A stretch of 64,000 nt of DNA from an uncultured Clostridia bacterium (GTDB lineage: Bacteria; Bacillota; Clostridia; Christensenellales; UBA1242), in the NCBI GenBank assembly GCA_930971385.1, contig CAKNGB010000001.1, positions 3,670 to 67,669 on the forward strand. The letters are read 5' to 3'. Numbering within the stretch: position 1 is the stretch's first letter; every line of letters begins with the position of its first letter. Positions 37,761 through 46,238 of the stretch are shown here, piece by piece. A program made the position numbers and the translations under genes. Below the pieces are notes generated by a model. The model was given only the letters and a program-made list of their open reading frames with translations, searched no databases and was not told the DNA's origin.

Positions 37761-38829
37761 AGATTTTTTGGAAAAAACGGCAAAGTCGAAAGAAAGATAC
37801 GACGAGTTAACCACTCTTGTTATGGATCCAAATGTGATTGCCGACAACAAGGCATGGAAAAAGTTGGTGAAAGAAAGAAGTGCGATTGAAGATTTAGCAA
37901 ATGCCTATGTCACACTTAAAAATTTAACGGAAAATTTATCTAAATGCGAAAGCGATGTGAAGTCTGAAACGGATGCTGAAATGAAAAAGCTCTATGAAGC
38001 GGAAATTGACGACTTAAAAAATAAGATTGACGAAGAGGTTGAAAACATCAAAATCTTACTTCTTCCTAAGGACGAAAACGACGAAAGCAATGCAATCTTG
38101 GAAATTCGCGCGGCGGCAGGTGGAGAAGAAAGCGCACTTTTTGGCATGGAACTACTTCGAATGTATTCTCACTATGCCGACAAAAATAGGTGGAAAACGG
38201 AAATACTTGACATCAACGAAACCGAACTTGGTGGCGTGAAAGAATGCACAGTGCTTTTCCGCGGAAAAGGCGCATACTCGAAACTTAAATACGAAAGTGG
38301 AGTTCACAGGGTGCAACGCGTGCCAGAAACTGAAAGCGGTGGAAGAATTCACACCTCAACTGCCACGGTTGCGGTTCTTCCAGAAGTTGAGGATATTGAT
38401 TTTGAAATTAAAGAGTCTGACCTTAAAATTGATACATACCGAAGCGGTGGCGCAGGCGGACAACATGTCAACAAAACAGAGTCAGCAATCAGAATCACAC
38501 ACCTTCCAACAGGCATGGTTGTCACTTGTCAGGACGAAAGGTCGCAACTAAAGAACAAAGAAAAAGCCATTAACATTTTGAAAAGTAAACTTTATGATTA
38601 CTATCGCGAACAGCGTGACAGCGAATATGACGAAAACCGCAAAAGTCAGGTGGGCAGAGGCAACCGAAATGAGAGGATAAGAACATATAACTATCCTCAA
38701 GGCAGAGTGACTGACCACCGCACAAACCTTTCTTCTTATGATTTGGAGGGTGTTTTAAACGGCGATATCGACCAATTTATTGAAGCAATGGTAATTAAAG
38801 AAAGAGAAGAAATGTTGGCAAAACTTTAA
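37747..38829 (+). CDS. prfA: peptide chain release factor 1
   Basis: GGQ motif (SGGAGGQHVNKTESAIRITH) and RF1-type PET tripeptide (RVPETES). Overlaps the upstream gene by 14 nt. Confidence 0.95.
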   Translation: MENYKDFLEKTAKSKERYDELTTLVMDPNVIADNKAWKKLVKERSAIEDLANAYVTLKNLTENLSKCESDVKSETDAEMKKLYEAEIDDLKNKIDEEVENIKILLLPKDENDESNAILEIRAAAGGEESALFGMELLRMYSHYADKNRWKTEILDINETELGGVKECTVLFRGKGAYSKLKYESGVHRVQRVPETESGGRIHTSTATVAVLPEVEDIDFEIKESDLKIDTYRSGGAGGQHVNKTESAIRITHLPTGMVVTCQDERSQLKNKEKAINILKSKLYDYYREQRDSEYDENRKSQVGRGNRNERIRTYNYPQGRVTDHRTNLSSYDLEGVLNGDIDQFIEAMVIKEREEMLAKL

Positions 38830-38871
38830 TCAAATTCAAAAAATAATTAAAACATCAAATTTTAGACAATA

Positions 38872-38900
38872 AAAAAATCTTGGAATTTCCAAGATTTTTT
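38872..38900. terminator. bidirectional terminator between prfA and the convergent membrane protein gene
   Basis: AAAATCTTGGAA / TTCCAAGATTTT perfect hairpin flanked by an A-run and a T-run. Confidence 0.75.
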
Positions 38901-38910
38901 GAATTTAATA

Positions 38911-39300
38911 TTATTTTCCAATAAGAGTTCTTGCTGTGCGAATGATTGTGTTAACTGCTTGGTGACCAGTGTTTCCTTCAAATGATTCAAATACGCCCAT
39001 TGAAGAAAGAATAGCAGGTAAAATTAAGTTAAAGAACAAGATTAATGCAATTGTCACAACGATTGCCACGATAACGTTAATCAATCTTTTCTTTGCCTCT
39101 TCGCGTTGCTCAGATGAATCTGCTCTTGCCATTTTAACACCAATATAAATGGCGTAAACAGCACCACAAGCACCAACCAAAACAAGCGAAACCCACAAAA
39201 TCCAGTTAAGAGCGGTAAGTAAATCGGAAATCCAGCCTAGATTTGCGCCATAAGTGTCAACAACTGCTTGCCAAGACCAAAGAACTTGATTATCTTCCAT
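38911..39300 (-). CDS. small two-TM membrane protein (129 aa), function unknown
   Basis: GGAG RBS before the ATG at 39300. Two hydrophobic helices are separated by the charged loop KMARADSSEQREEAKKR. Confidence 0.7.
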   Translation of the reverse strand: MEDNQVLWSWQAVVDTYGANLGWISDLLTALNWILWVSLVLVGACGAVYAIYIGVKMARADSSEQREEAKKRLINVIVAIVVTIALILFFNLILPAILSSMGVFESFEGNTGHQAVNTIIRTARTLIGK

Positions 39301-39463
39301 ACTTTTTCTCCTTTTAATTAATATCATTCTCAAAACAAGAAAATTTATTCTTAATTTTTGATTACATGCATATAATAACATATAAAAAAATAATTTCCAA
39401 ACGATTTTAATAAAAAATTAAAAATATTTTAAAATATTTTTTTTAATTATTTATTTTTTTAAT

Positions 39464-39497
39464 AAAAAAGAGTTTTGTTTTCGCAAAACTCATAATT
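39464..39497 (-). terminator. terminator of the small-peptide gene
   Basis: GAGTTTTG (39470-39477) / CAAAACTC (39484-39491) hairpin with flanking A/T runs. Confidence 0.65.
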
Positions 39498-39520
39498 TTT
39501 TATATTTTTAGAGGAAATTT

Positions 39521-39712
39521 TTAAATAAATTGCCTGAAAGTGTTATTTCCACAGCAACATCCACCCCAGTTATTGTTCCAACCATTATTAAAGTTATTGT
39601 TGTTTAAACCAAGAAGCAGTAGTAAAAGTATGTTTGTGTTGGTGGCAAGGTTAACATCGTTTGCACTACTTAAAGTGGAAAGTAAAAACACCCATAAAAT
39701 ATCTTGTGACAT
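39521..39712 (-). CDS. 63-aa Asn/Gly/Trp/Cys-rich small protein with a hydrophobic N-terminal half
   Basis: Near-perfect RBS AAGGAGG 7 nt before the ATG. It has its own terminator. Sequence: MSQDILWVFLLSTLSSANDVNLATNTNILLLLLLGLNNNNFNNGWNNNWGGCCCGNNTFRQFI. Confidence 0.7.
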   Translation of the reverse strand: MSQDILWVFLLSTLSSANDVNLATNTNILLLLLLGLNNNNFNNGWNNNWGGCCCGNNTFRQFI

Positions 39713-39854
39713 AATTTCCTCCTTTTCAACAAGAATTTCTTATATTAGTCAAATTTCTCTTTTGACCTTTCCTCTTTTGTTTGGCAAAATATTGTTATCA
39801 GTATGCTATTTTATATGTCATAATTTTTTAACTTGACACAAAAAAGGAGTTATC

Positions 39855-40193
39855 ATGGAAAAATTTTTGAGGCTTAATGAAAGAAATAGATATGAAATTT
39901 TATCTGTTTTGCCAGATGATAAGGTGATAAACAAACTTGCTCTTTACTTTCAAAACTTTTCCGACCAAACGCGGATAAAGATTTTATCTTTGCTTTCCAT
40001 TCGTGATATGTGCGTCAATGATATGTCGAATGTTTTGAAAATTAACCAGACCACCATTTCTCATCAACTTAAAACGCTGAAAGACCAAGATATTGTGGAG
40101 TATAAACGCGAGGGAAAGGTGCTTATCTATCGGCTGAAAGCGCCAGAGGTGTCGGAAATGATGATGTATGCTGTGAAAGTGACAGAAGGGTAA
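39855..40193 (+). CDS. ArsR/SmtB-family transcriptional regulator
   Basis: Winged-helix pattern FSDQTRIKILSLL...MCVNDMSNVL..NQTTISHQLKTLKDQDIV. AGGAG RBS. Divergent from the small-peptide gene. Confidence 0.85.
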   Translation: MEKFLRLNERNRYEILSVLPDDKVINKLALYFQNFSDQTRIKILSLLSIRDMCVNDMSNVLKINQTTISHQLKTLKDQDIVEYKREGKVLIYRLKAPEVSEMMMYAVKVTEG

Positions 40194-40283
40194 TAAGATA
40201 TATGGTCGAACCAAACACAATTTTAGTTATATTTGGGCAAAATAAATGTTAATACTTTTTTGCGTTGTGTTTGTATATATGGT

Positions 40284-40399
40284 GGGGCGAAGTTTTGCGG
40301 GCGTCAGCCCGCAGGCGTCCGCAAGGACGCCTCCTTTCTCGCACAAAAAAAGGTGGCTGTTTTTCTTTATAGAAAAGCGAGAAAGGAAAACTTCGCCCC
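40284..40399 (+). repeat. GC-rich four-way-junction (cloverleaf-like) palindromic element, family C copy 2
   Basis: Outer stem GGGGCGAAGTTTT (40284-40296) / AAAACTTCGCCCC (40387-40399). Three hairpins abut with no unpaired junction nucleotides: GCGGGC gtca GCCCGC (40297-40312); AGGCGTCC gcaa GGACGCCT (40313-40332); CCTTTCTCGC / GCGAGAAAGG with a 34-nt loop (40333-40386). All pairs are Watson-Crick. Confidence 0.6.
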
Positions 40400-40405
40400 A
40401 ATTCC

Positions 40406-40435
40406 TTGCAAAACACATATATAATATGTTATAAT
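40406..40435 (+). promoter_or_regulatory. queH promoter, probably giving a leaderless mRNA
   Basis: TTGCAA (40406-40411), 18-nt spacer ending in TGT (extended -10), TATAAT (40430-40435). The queH ATG follows exactly 7 nt later at 40443, with no RBS. Confidence 0.5.
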
Positions 40436-40442
40436 ATTTTCC

Positions 40443-40979
40443 ATGAGGCAAAAGATACTTCTTCATTCCTGCTGTGGTCCATGTTCCACGGTGTGCATAG
40501 AAAGGTTAAAAGATGACTACGATGTCACAGTTTTTTATTATAACCCAAACATCTATCCGCGTGAGGAATATGAAAAACGCAAAGCCGAGCAAAAGAAAGT
40601 TTGCGAGTTTTTTAACATTCCTGTGATTGATGGCGACTATGACGAAGAAAGTTGGCTTACTTATATAAAAGGTATGGAAACTGAGAAAGAGGGCGGAGCG
40701 CGCTGTGAAAAATGTTTTTATTACCGCTTATATAAAACCGCACTTGTTGCCAAAGAAAACAATTTTGACCTATTTGGCACAACCTTAACAGTAAGTCCAC
40801 ACAAAAGCACGCCGATAATAAACAAAGTTGGCAAAGAAATTGAAAAAGAGGTTAAAATTCCATATTTAGAGGAAAGTTTTAAGAAAAAAGACGGCTATTT
40901 AAGAAGCATAAACCTATCTAAAGAACTGTCATTATATAGGCAAAACTATTGTGGTTGCCGATTTTCAATAAGGGGATAA
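40443..40979 (+). CDS. queH: epoxyqueuosine reductase QueH (DUF208)
   Basis: LLHSCCGPCS N-terminal motif and the C-terminal YCGCRFS. Confidence 0.88.
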   Translation: MRQKILLHSCCGPCSTVCIERLKDDYDVTVFYYNPNIYPREEYEKRKAEQKKVCEFFNIPVIDGDYDEESWLTYIKGMETEKEGGARCEKCFYYRLYKTALVAKENNFDLFGTTLTVSPHKSTPIINKVGKEIEKEVKIPYLEESFKKKDGYLRSINLSKELSLYRQNYCGCRFSIRG

Positions 40980-41834
40980 ATGTTTAATAAAGAAGAGTTT
41001 ATTCAAGATATAGATAAAAAGAAAAAAGAGGAAACGAAGTCGATAGCGCTATATTTAACAACTCACATAACCTTATATATAGTGCTAATCTTTTTCCTTA
41101 TCTTTTTTGTTTGGTACACTGTCTTTTCAGTCACGCATAGATATTACATCGTGGAAGGCGCGTCCATGCAACCATATCTTAACAACGGAATTCCTGCAAC
41201 TGATCAAAGTTCTTCTAAAGACGCAGTGTATGTCAACCTAAATGGTAAGATTGATGTTTATGATGTTGTGGTGATTGAAGGCGTTTCAAAAACCTCTCCA
41301 AGCATAATTAAGCGCGTTGTTGCAGAAGAGGGCGACTTTGTTTCGATTGCAAAAAGCGGAAATAGTTTCTTTTTATTTAGAATAGACGCAGAAGATATAA
41401 CGCTTAACGAAAATAACGAATACACCACACTGGTTTCAGATGAAAACGCCCTCGTTTTTGAAAATGAACGAAACACTGGTTATGAAATAAGGTATGAAGA
41501 TTGGAACAGTGTGGATGAAAGAATTTACAACGGCGTTTATTATGACTCAGGTTTTTTCTCTCAATTTGTTCAAGGTTATATAAATGGAAATGACACTTTT
41601 TCCTATTATGTTTCCAGCGACGATTTAATCTATGTTCAAGTGCCAGAAAACTCCACTTTTTGTTTAGGCGACAATCGTGCTCATTCCAGCGACTCGCGCA
41701 CTTATGGTTTTATCTCATATGACAACATCGTTGGCGATGTGGAAATCACAGCCTATAACTATTCCTTTGTCAATCGCGTTTTTGAGGTTATAAAGTATTA
41801 TTACTATCAAGTGGAAGAATTTTTTGCAAGATAG
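40980..41834 (+). CDS. lepB: signal peptidase I
   Basis: N-terminal TM anchor. Catalytic Ser box EGASMQP, Lys box IKRVVAEEGD, and GDNRAHSSDSR. Confidence 0.88.
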   Translation: MFNKEEFIQDIDKKKKEETKSIALYLTTHITLYIVLIFFLIFFVWYTVFSVTHRYYIVEGASMQPYLNNGIPATDQSSSKDAVYVNLNGKIDVYDVVVIEGVSKTSPSIIKRVVAEEGDFVSIAKSGNSFFLFRIDAEDITLNENNEYTTLVSDENALVFENERNTGYEIRYEDWNSVDERIYNGVYYDSGFFSQFVQGYINGNDTFSYYVSSDDLIYVQVPENSTFCLGDNRAHSSDSRTYGFISYDNIVGDVEITAYNYSFVNRVFEVIKYYYYQVEEFFAR

Positions 41835-41919
41835 TGAAATTTGTTTGGAAATTTAAAACTTTTGTGATATTATAATACCAAGCAAATATTGCTAAACAAA
41901 TCACAAAAAGGAGAAGAAT

Positions 41920-42195
41920 ATGAATAAAGGTGATTTCATTAAAGCAGTTGCTGAAAAAGCAAATTGCACACAAAAAGACGCAGGAATTGTTTTCGATTCA
42001 ATGGTAGACACAATTATCAGCGTTCTTAAAGGCGGGGATAAAATTGTTATTCCTGGATTTGGTTCTTTTGAACTTGTTAAAAAGGCTGCAACAACAAAAA
42101 TGAACCCACTCACAAAGAAAACAGTTAAGGTTGCTGCTTGCAAGGTTCCAAAATTCAAATTTGGCAAAAGTTTTAAGGCAATTTTTAATGCATAA
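41920..42195 (+). CDS. hup: DNA-binding protein HU
   Basis: MNKGDFIKAVAEK...V.IPGFGSFE...A.TKMNP.T....V.A.KVPKFK.GK.FK. Confidence 0.93.
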   Translation: MNKGDFIKAVAEKANCTQKDAGIVFDSMVDTIISVLKGGDKIVIPGFGSFELVKKAATTKMNPLTKKTVKVAACKVPKFKFGKSFKAIFNA

Positions 42196-42198
42196 ATA

Positions 42199-42226
42199 AA
42201 AAAAGCACCACATCGGTGCTTTTTTG
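42199..42226. terminator. bidirectional terminator between hup and rubrerythrin
   Basis: AGCACC acatc GGTGCT hairpin with a flanking A-run and T-run. Confidence 0.7.
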
Positions 42227-42270
42227 TTTAGGAATGCAAGAATAACACAAATGAAATGAGTGTTTTCTTT

Positions 42271-42867
42271 TTATTGGTTATCCGTGTCTTCCATATTTAT
42301 GATAACATAGCCTTGACTTAGCGCGCAAAGTGGGCAAATTTTATAACTTTCCTTTGCTTCTGCCACATATCCGCAGTTAGAGCATTTCCATTTTGTGACA
42401 TGGTCACGCTTATACATCGAGTGGCTTTTATATAGATTTCCTAAATACTGAAGCATTTTGTGGTGGGTTTCTTCCACTCTTGCCACCATTTCAAAACTTT
42501 TGCCAATGTCATTAAAACCTTCGTCATAGGCAATTTTAGCAAAGGAAGGGTAGATGTTTTTTGCTTCCGAAAGCTCTATTAACGCCTCACCAAGAAGAGA
42601 AGTTTTAAGTTCTGGCGACTCAAACGGATAGCCTGCCTCGATTGCGATGTTTTTTGCCCCACCATTCGATTTTTCAATGATGTAGTCATAAAAAACCTTG
42701 GCGTGCGCCATTTCATTTTTAGCAAGCGTTTTCATGGTGTCGGATAAGAATTTTTGGTTGTCGCTAAGTGCCATTTTGCTCATAAATTGATAGCGCGCAC
42801 CTGCTTGACACTCGGCAGAGAAACTTCTTGCCAAGTTTATTTTTGTCACACTTTCATTAAAATCCAT
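42271..42867 (-). CDS. rbr: rubrerythrin
   Basis: Ferritin-like di-iron domain (E..AGARY, EMAHA, EETHH) plus a C-terminal rubredoxin-like CSNCGY...CPLC. AGGAG RBS before the ATG at 42867. Confidence 0.88.
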   Translation of the reverse strand: MDFNESVTKINLARSFSAECQAGARYQFMSKMALSDNQKFLSDTMKTLAKNEMAHAKVFYDYIIEKSNGGAKNIAIEAGYPFESPELKTSLLGEALIELSEAKNIYPSFAKIAYDEGFNDIGKSFEMVARVEETHHKMLQYLGNLYKSHSMYKRDHVTKWKCSNCGYVAEAKESYKICPLCALSQGYVIINMEDTDNQ

Positions 42868-42974
42868 ATTTTTATCTCCTTTTTTAACCTCAAAAGGAAT
42901 ATTGCCTAAAATTTGCCATTTATTCATTTGCTTTTTTTATTTTTTTTGTTTACAATATAAGAAAAGGAGAAGAT

Positions 42975-43769
42975 ATGTTTCTTGGAGATAAAGGAAAACC
43001 AACCAAATATCCAACGATAAGGAAGAATTTTTATCTTATCATCGACGATGAAAGAATGACGGTTCGAAAACTTATCACTAAACTTGGCTTTTGGACGGTA
43101 ATTCCAGACGGAAAAATGAATGAAAGAGAAATTGTTTACGACACCGATAAAAAACTTCTCACAGGAGTGGGATTAATTTTGCGTAAGAAGATAACGCCAA
43201 ACCGCTCGTATTTTTCACTTGTCAGGGTGAATAATTTGAACACCTCACTTCAACTTCGCGAAAAGAAGTCTTTTCTTGGCGAGTGTGAGGCGAACGACCA
43301 ACCGTCCGACTTTCCAACGCAAATTGCCAATGAAATCAACAACATTTTCAATAACCTTTTCACCATAAATTTGGTGGATATTGTGAAACACTCTTCGCCA
43401 TATATCAACATCGAAATTCGCGGAAATCGCTATAAAATTGTCAGCGGAACCGGCTATGAAGTGACCGCGTCGTTTGAAGATTTAAGAATTAAAGATGAAC
43501 GCACGGGAAGAAAAGGTAAAAAGCGTATTTTCTCAATTAAAATGGAAGATGACCCAAATTACGAAATGGAACGCGAGCATTTGGAAGGTATAATTTCAAG
43601 ATATTGCAAGGAACTTGCACCAGTCGTCAAAAACCGCTTTGAAATTGCCGAAACGGTGGTTAAAACCGAAGAAGTTGACCAAGCAGAACTTAAACGCAAA
43701 AAAAAGGAAGAAAAGGCGAAGAAAAAGCAGGAGGAAGAAAGACGACGCCGAGAAGAAGAGGAATATTAA
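42975..43769 (+). CDS. hypothetical protein, possibly CYTH-like domain, with a Lys/Glu-rich C-terminal tail
   Basis: AGGAG RBS. IVYDTDKKLLTGVGLILRKK resembles the YxDTxxxxLxxxGxxLRxR strand pair of CYTH domains. The assignment is weak. Confidence 0.6.
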   Translation: MFLGDKGKPTKYPTIRKNFYLIIDDERMTVRKLITKLGFWTVIPDGKMNEREIVYDTDKKLLTGVGLILRKKITPNRSYFSLVRVNNLNTSLQLREKKSFLGECEANDQPSDFPTQIANEINNIFNNLFTINLVDIVKHSSPYINIEIRGNRYKIVSGTGYEVTASFEDLRIKDERTGRKGKKRIFSIKMEDDPNYEMEREHLEGIISRYCKELAPVVKNRFEIAETVVKTEEVDQAELKRKKKEEKAKKKQEEERRRREEEEY

Positions 43770-43795
43770 AAAGTGGAGCTGTCCACTTTTTTATT
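43768..43795 (+). terminator. rho-independent terminator
   Basis: AAGTGGA gctg TCCACTT followed by a T-run. Confidence 0.7.
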
Positions 43796-43878
43796 TTTAT
43801 TTTTTAAATAAATTTTAATTGAAATTTGGAAACTTAAATTCAAATTCTTAAAAACAAAGTTTTCACATATATTAGTGT

Positions 43879-45387
43879 GTGGAGAAAAAGAAATTAGGTC
43901 TATTAACTAAAATATGCTACGGCGTTGGAAATTTGGGGTATGGCAGTATGGGACAAACTGTCAACAGTTTTATCATGTTTTTTGCCACAAGTGTTATGGG
44001 TTTGCCAGGGGCACTTGTTGGCGCGACCATTGCTGTCACTTCGCTTTGGGACGGGCTCTCCGACCCAATAATCGGCTATTTTTCCGACCGCACAAAAAAC
44101 AAATTTTTTGGCAGGCGACTTCTTCATATGCTGATTGCCTCTTTTCTTCTTGCCATTTGCAACATTCTTCTTTGGACTTGCCCAATAGAAAAAGGCTCTA
44201 TTTGGGCGATTGTTTGGCTTATGGGATTTTTACTTTTGCAGGAAACCTTCAACACCTTTTTCGCCACGCCATACTCTGCGCTTTGCATCGACATTGCACC
44301 TGACTATAACGACCAAACAAAAATGCAAAGTTTCAAGTCGATTTTCTATATTTTAGGCATGATAACGCCAAGCATTTTGATGTATATCTTCATGCCGTCG
44401 GCAAGCATTGGCGTGCAAACACAGTTTAATAAGGATGGCTATATCGGCATTGCCATTGTAAATTCCATTCTTGTGATTGTGTGCGGACTTATTTCCGTTT
44501 TTGGCACAAGAAAAAGGGTTATTTCCATGCCAAATTATGATAAAAGTGCGGTGGAAGAGGAAAATCGGGCGGGCGAGAAAAAAGGTTTTTGGAAGATTAT
44601 TGGAGGCTACATTGAAACCTTGAAGAAAAAGGAATTTAGAACGGTTATGCTTGGCTATTCCGTTTCGCTTATTGCTTCCATTTTCATAACAAGCGTTGGG
44701 ATGCACCTATTTACCTTTTGCTATCATTTTAGTTCCGCTCAAATTTCCATAATCATGATTTGCCTTTTTGGCGGAGCAATTCTTTCGCAACTAATTTGGG
44801 TGAACATGGTTAAGAAATACGACAAAAAACAAACGCTCATCTTCGCGCTTTGCCTTCTTCTTGTTGGCATTGCATTAACTTCTGTCACTTTCCTATTTCG
44901 CACATACACCACAAGCGACACCATGTTTTTCTTTGTGCTTCCGTGTGTGTTCATCTGCGGGCTTGGCTCTGGAGCACTTTACTCTCTTCCTCACTCGATG
45001 TATGCGGATGTTGTTACAATGGAACAATTTAAAACTAAGGAAAATAACGCAGGCAGATTCACTGGCTACTACACTTTTACCTACAATTTCACAAACTCCA
45101 TAACGCTTCTTGTGATTGGCGTTTTGTTGGACTTAATTAAGTTCGACTCCTCTCAGCCACTTCAAGCCATGTCCGTTCAAACGGGCTTAGGAAAGGTGGT
45201 TTTCTTTGGAAGCGCGATTGCAATTTCTGTTGCCATACTCATTTTTTCCACCTATAAAATTAAGCGCTCCGACATTTTGAAAGTGCAGATAAAGGAAATT
45301 GAAAGTAAAGAAAAAGAGGAAAATAAATTAAAAAATAAGGTAAAAAACAGTCAAAAAATAATTGAGGAAAAATCGAAAATAAAATAG
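43879..45387 (+). CDS. MFS transporter, glycoside-pentoside-hexuronide (GPH) symporter family
   Basis: N-terminus KICYGVGNLGY......F..FF.T.V.GL and the DGLSDPIIGYFSDRT motif typical of the MelB/GPH family. About 12 TM helices. GTG start. Confidence 0.8.
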   Translation: MEKKKLGLLTKICYGVGNLGYGSMGQTVNSFIMFFATSVMGLPGALVGATIAVTSLWDGLSDPIIGYFSDRTKNKFFGRRLLHMLIASFLLAICNILLWTCPIEKGSIWAIVWLMGFLLLQETFNTFFATPYSALCIDIAPDYNDQTKMQSFKSIFYILGMITPSILMYIFMPSASIGVQTQFNKDGYIGIAIVNSILVIVCGLISVFGTRKRVISMPNYDKSAVEEENRAGEKKGFWKIIGGYIETLKKKEFRTVMLGYSVSLIASIFITSVGMHLFTFCYHFSSAQISIIMICLFGGAILSQLIWVNMVKKYDKKQTLIFALCLLLVGIALTSVTFLFRTYTTSDTMFFFVLPCVFICGLGSGALYSLPHSMYADVVTMEQFKTKENNAGRFTGYYTFTYNFTNSITLLVIGVLLDLIKFDSSQPLQAMSVQTGLGKVVFFGSAIAISVAILIFSTYKIKRSDILKVQIKEIESKEKEENKLKNKVKNSQKIIEEKSKIK

Positions 45388-45437
45388 TAAAAATATATAA
45401 AAAAGAAAAATTGCAAAAAAATGCTGAAAAATCAATA

Positions 45438-45464
45438 AAAAAACGCAAAAAAATGCGTTTTTTC
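45438..45464 (+). terminator. rho-independent terminator
   Basis: AACGCA aaaaaa TGCGTT followed by TTTTT. Confidence 0.65.
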
Positions 45465-45526
45465 TTATTTTTTTATTAATTTTAATTTATTTTTTATTTT
45501 CTAATTTATTTAATAAATTAATAATT

Positions 45527-46132
45527 TTATTTTATAACTTTCTTTTGCCAAGATTTTTTCTGACATTTAGGGCATTTCATATATCTTGTTCTTCCGCGGT
45601 GCATGGAAAACATCACTTGCTTGTAGGTTGGAATGTATTTATTGTGACAGTGTTGACATTCATAATAGCCAGCGTCTTTTTCAATGGTCAAACAAAAGTG
45701 AATGCCGACGACAATGTGAATAAAGCCAATAACAATTAAAACAATTCTAACCCAGGTTGGAAGGTTAGCGTAGGAGGCAACAAAAACAAGAATAATGAAA
45801 GTGACAGACGACATAAATCCAAGCACACTTTCCAGCGTTAACAAAAATTTGTGGCTTTGCTCTTGTTGTGACTTTAAAGTTATTAAATTGTTTTCCGCTT
45901 GCTTTTGATATTCCTCACTTGTTAACCTTTTCCCAGATAAAAGTTCGTTTGCTGAAATGTCAAGTTCTTTGCAAAGTGGAAGCATTAATGATGTGTCTGG
46001 AAAACCATTTCCACATTCCCATTTTGAAATTGTTTTTTCGCTGACCAAAAGTTTTTCAGCAAGTTCAACTTGTGTTAAGCCTTTTGCTTTTCTTTGCTGT
46101 TTAATAAATTCTCCGATAACTTTTAAATCCAT
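45527..46132 (-). CDS. XRE-family helix-turn-helix protein with two TM helices and a C-terminal zinc ribbon
   Basis: HTH QRKAKGLTQVELAEKLLVSEKTISKWECG, a hydrophobic central segment, and CQHC...CPKC. AGGAG RBS. Confidence 0.8.
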   Translation of the reverse strand: MDLKVIGEFIKQQRKAKGLTQVELAEKLLVSEKTISKWECGNGFPDTSLMLPLCKELDISANELLSGKRLTSEEYQKQAENNLITLKSQQEQSHKFLLTLESVLGFMSSVTFIILVFVASYANLPTWVRIVLIVIGFIHIVVGIHFCLTIEKDAGYYECQHCHNKYIPTYKQVMFSMHRGRTRYMKCPKCQKKSWQKKVIK

Positions 46133-46238
46133 AATTTTCTCCTTTTTCGTTATAATTTTATCATGAGAAAATTTAAAATAACTCCCACAATCCGTAGAGT
46201 TTTAAAGTTTTTATGGGAAAATTAAAGAAAAAACACCT

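Noticed and set aside
40284-40399. preQ1 or another queuosine-related riboswitch upstream of queH
   Set aside because: The element ends before the queH -35 box, so it would not be in the queH mRNA. It lacks the short preQ1-I/II consensus features. It also has a homolog next to metG.
40227-40466. ORFs 40227..40466 (-), 40233..40424 (+) and 40246..40434 (+)
   Set aside because: All three read through the perfectly paired four-way-junction element on different frames or strands. Having mutually overlapping ORFs on both strands is what a palindrome produces. No RBS.
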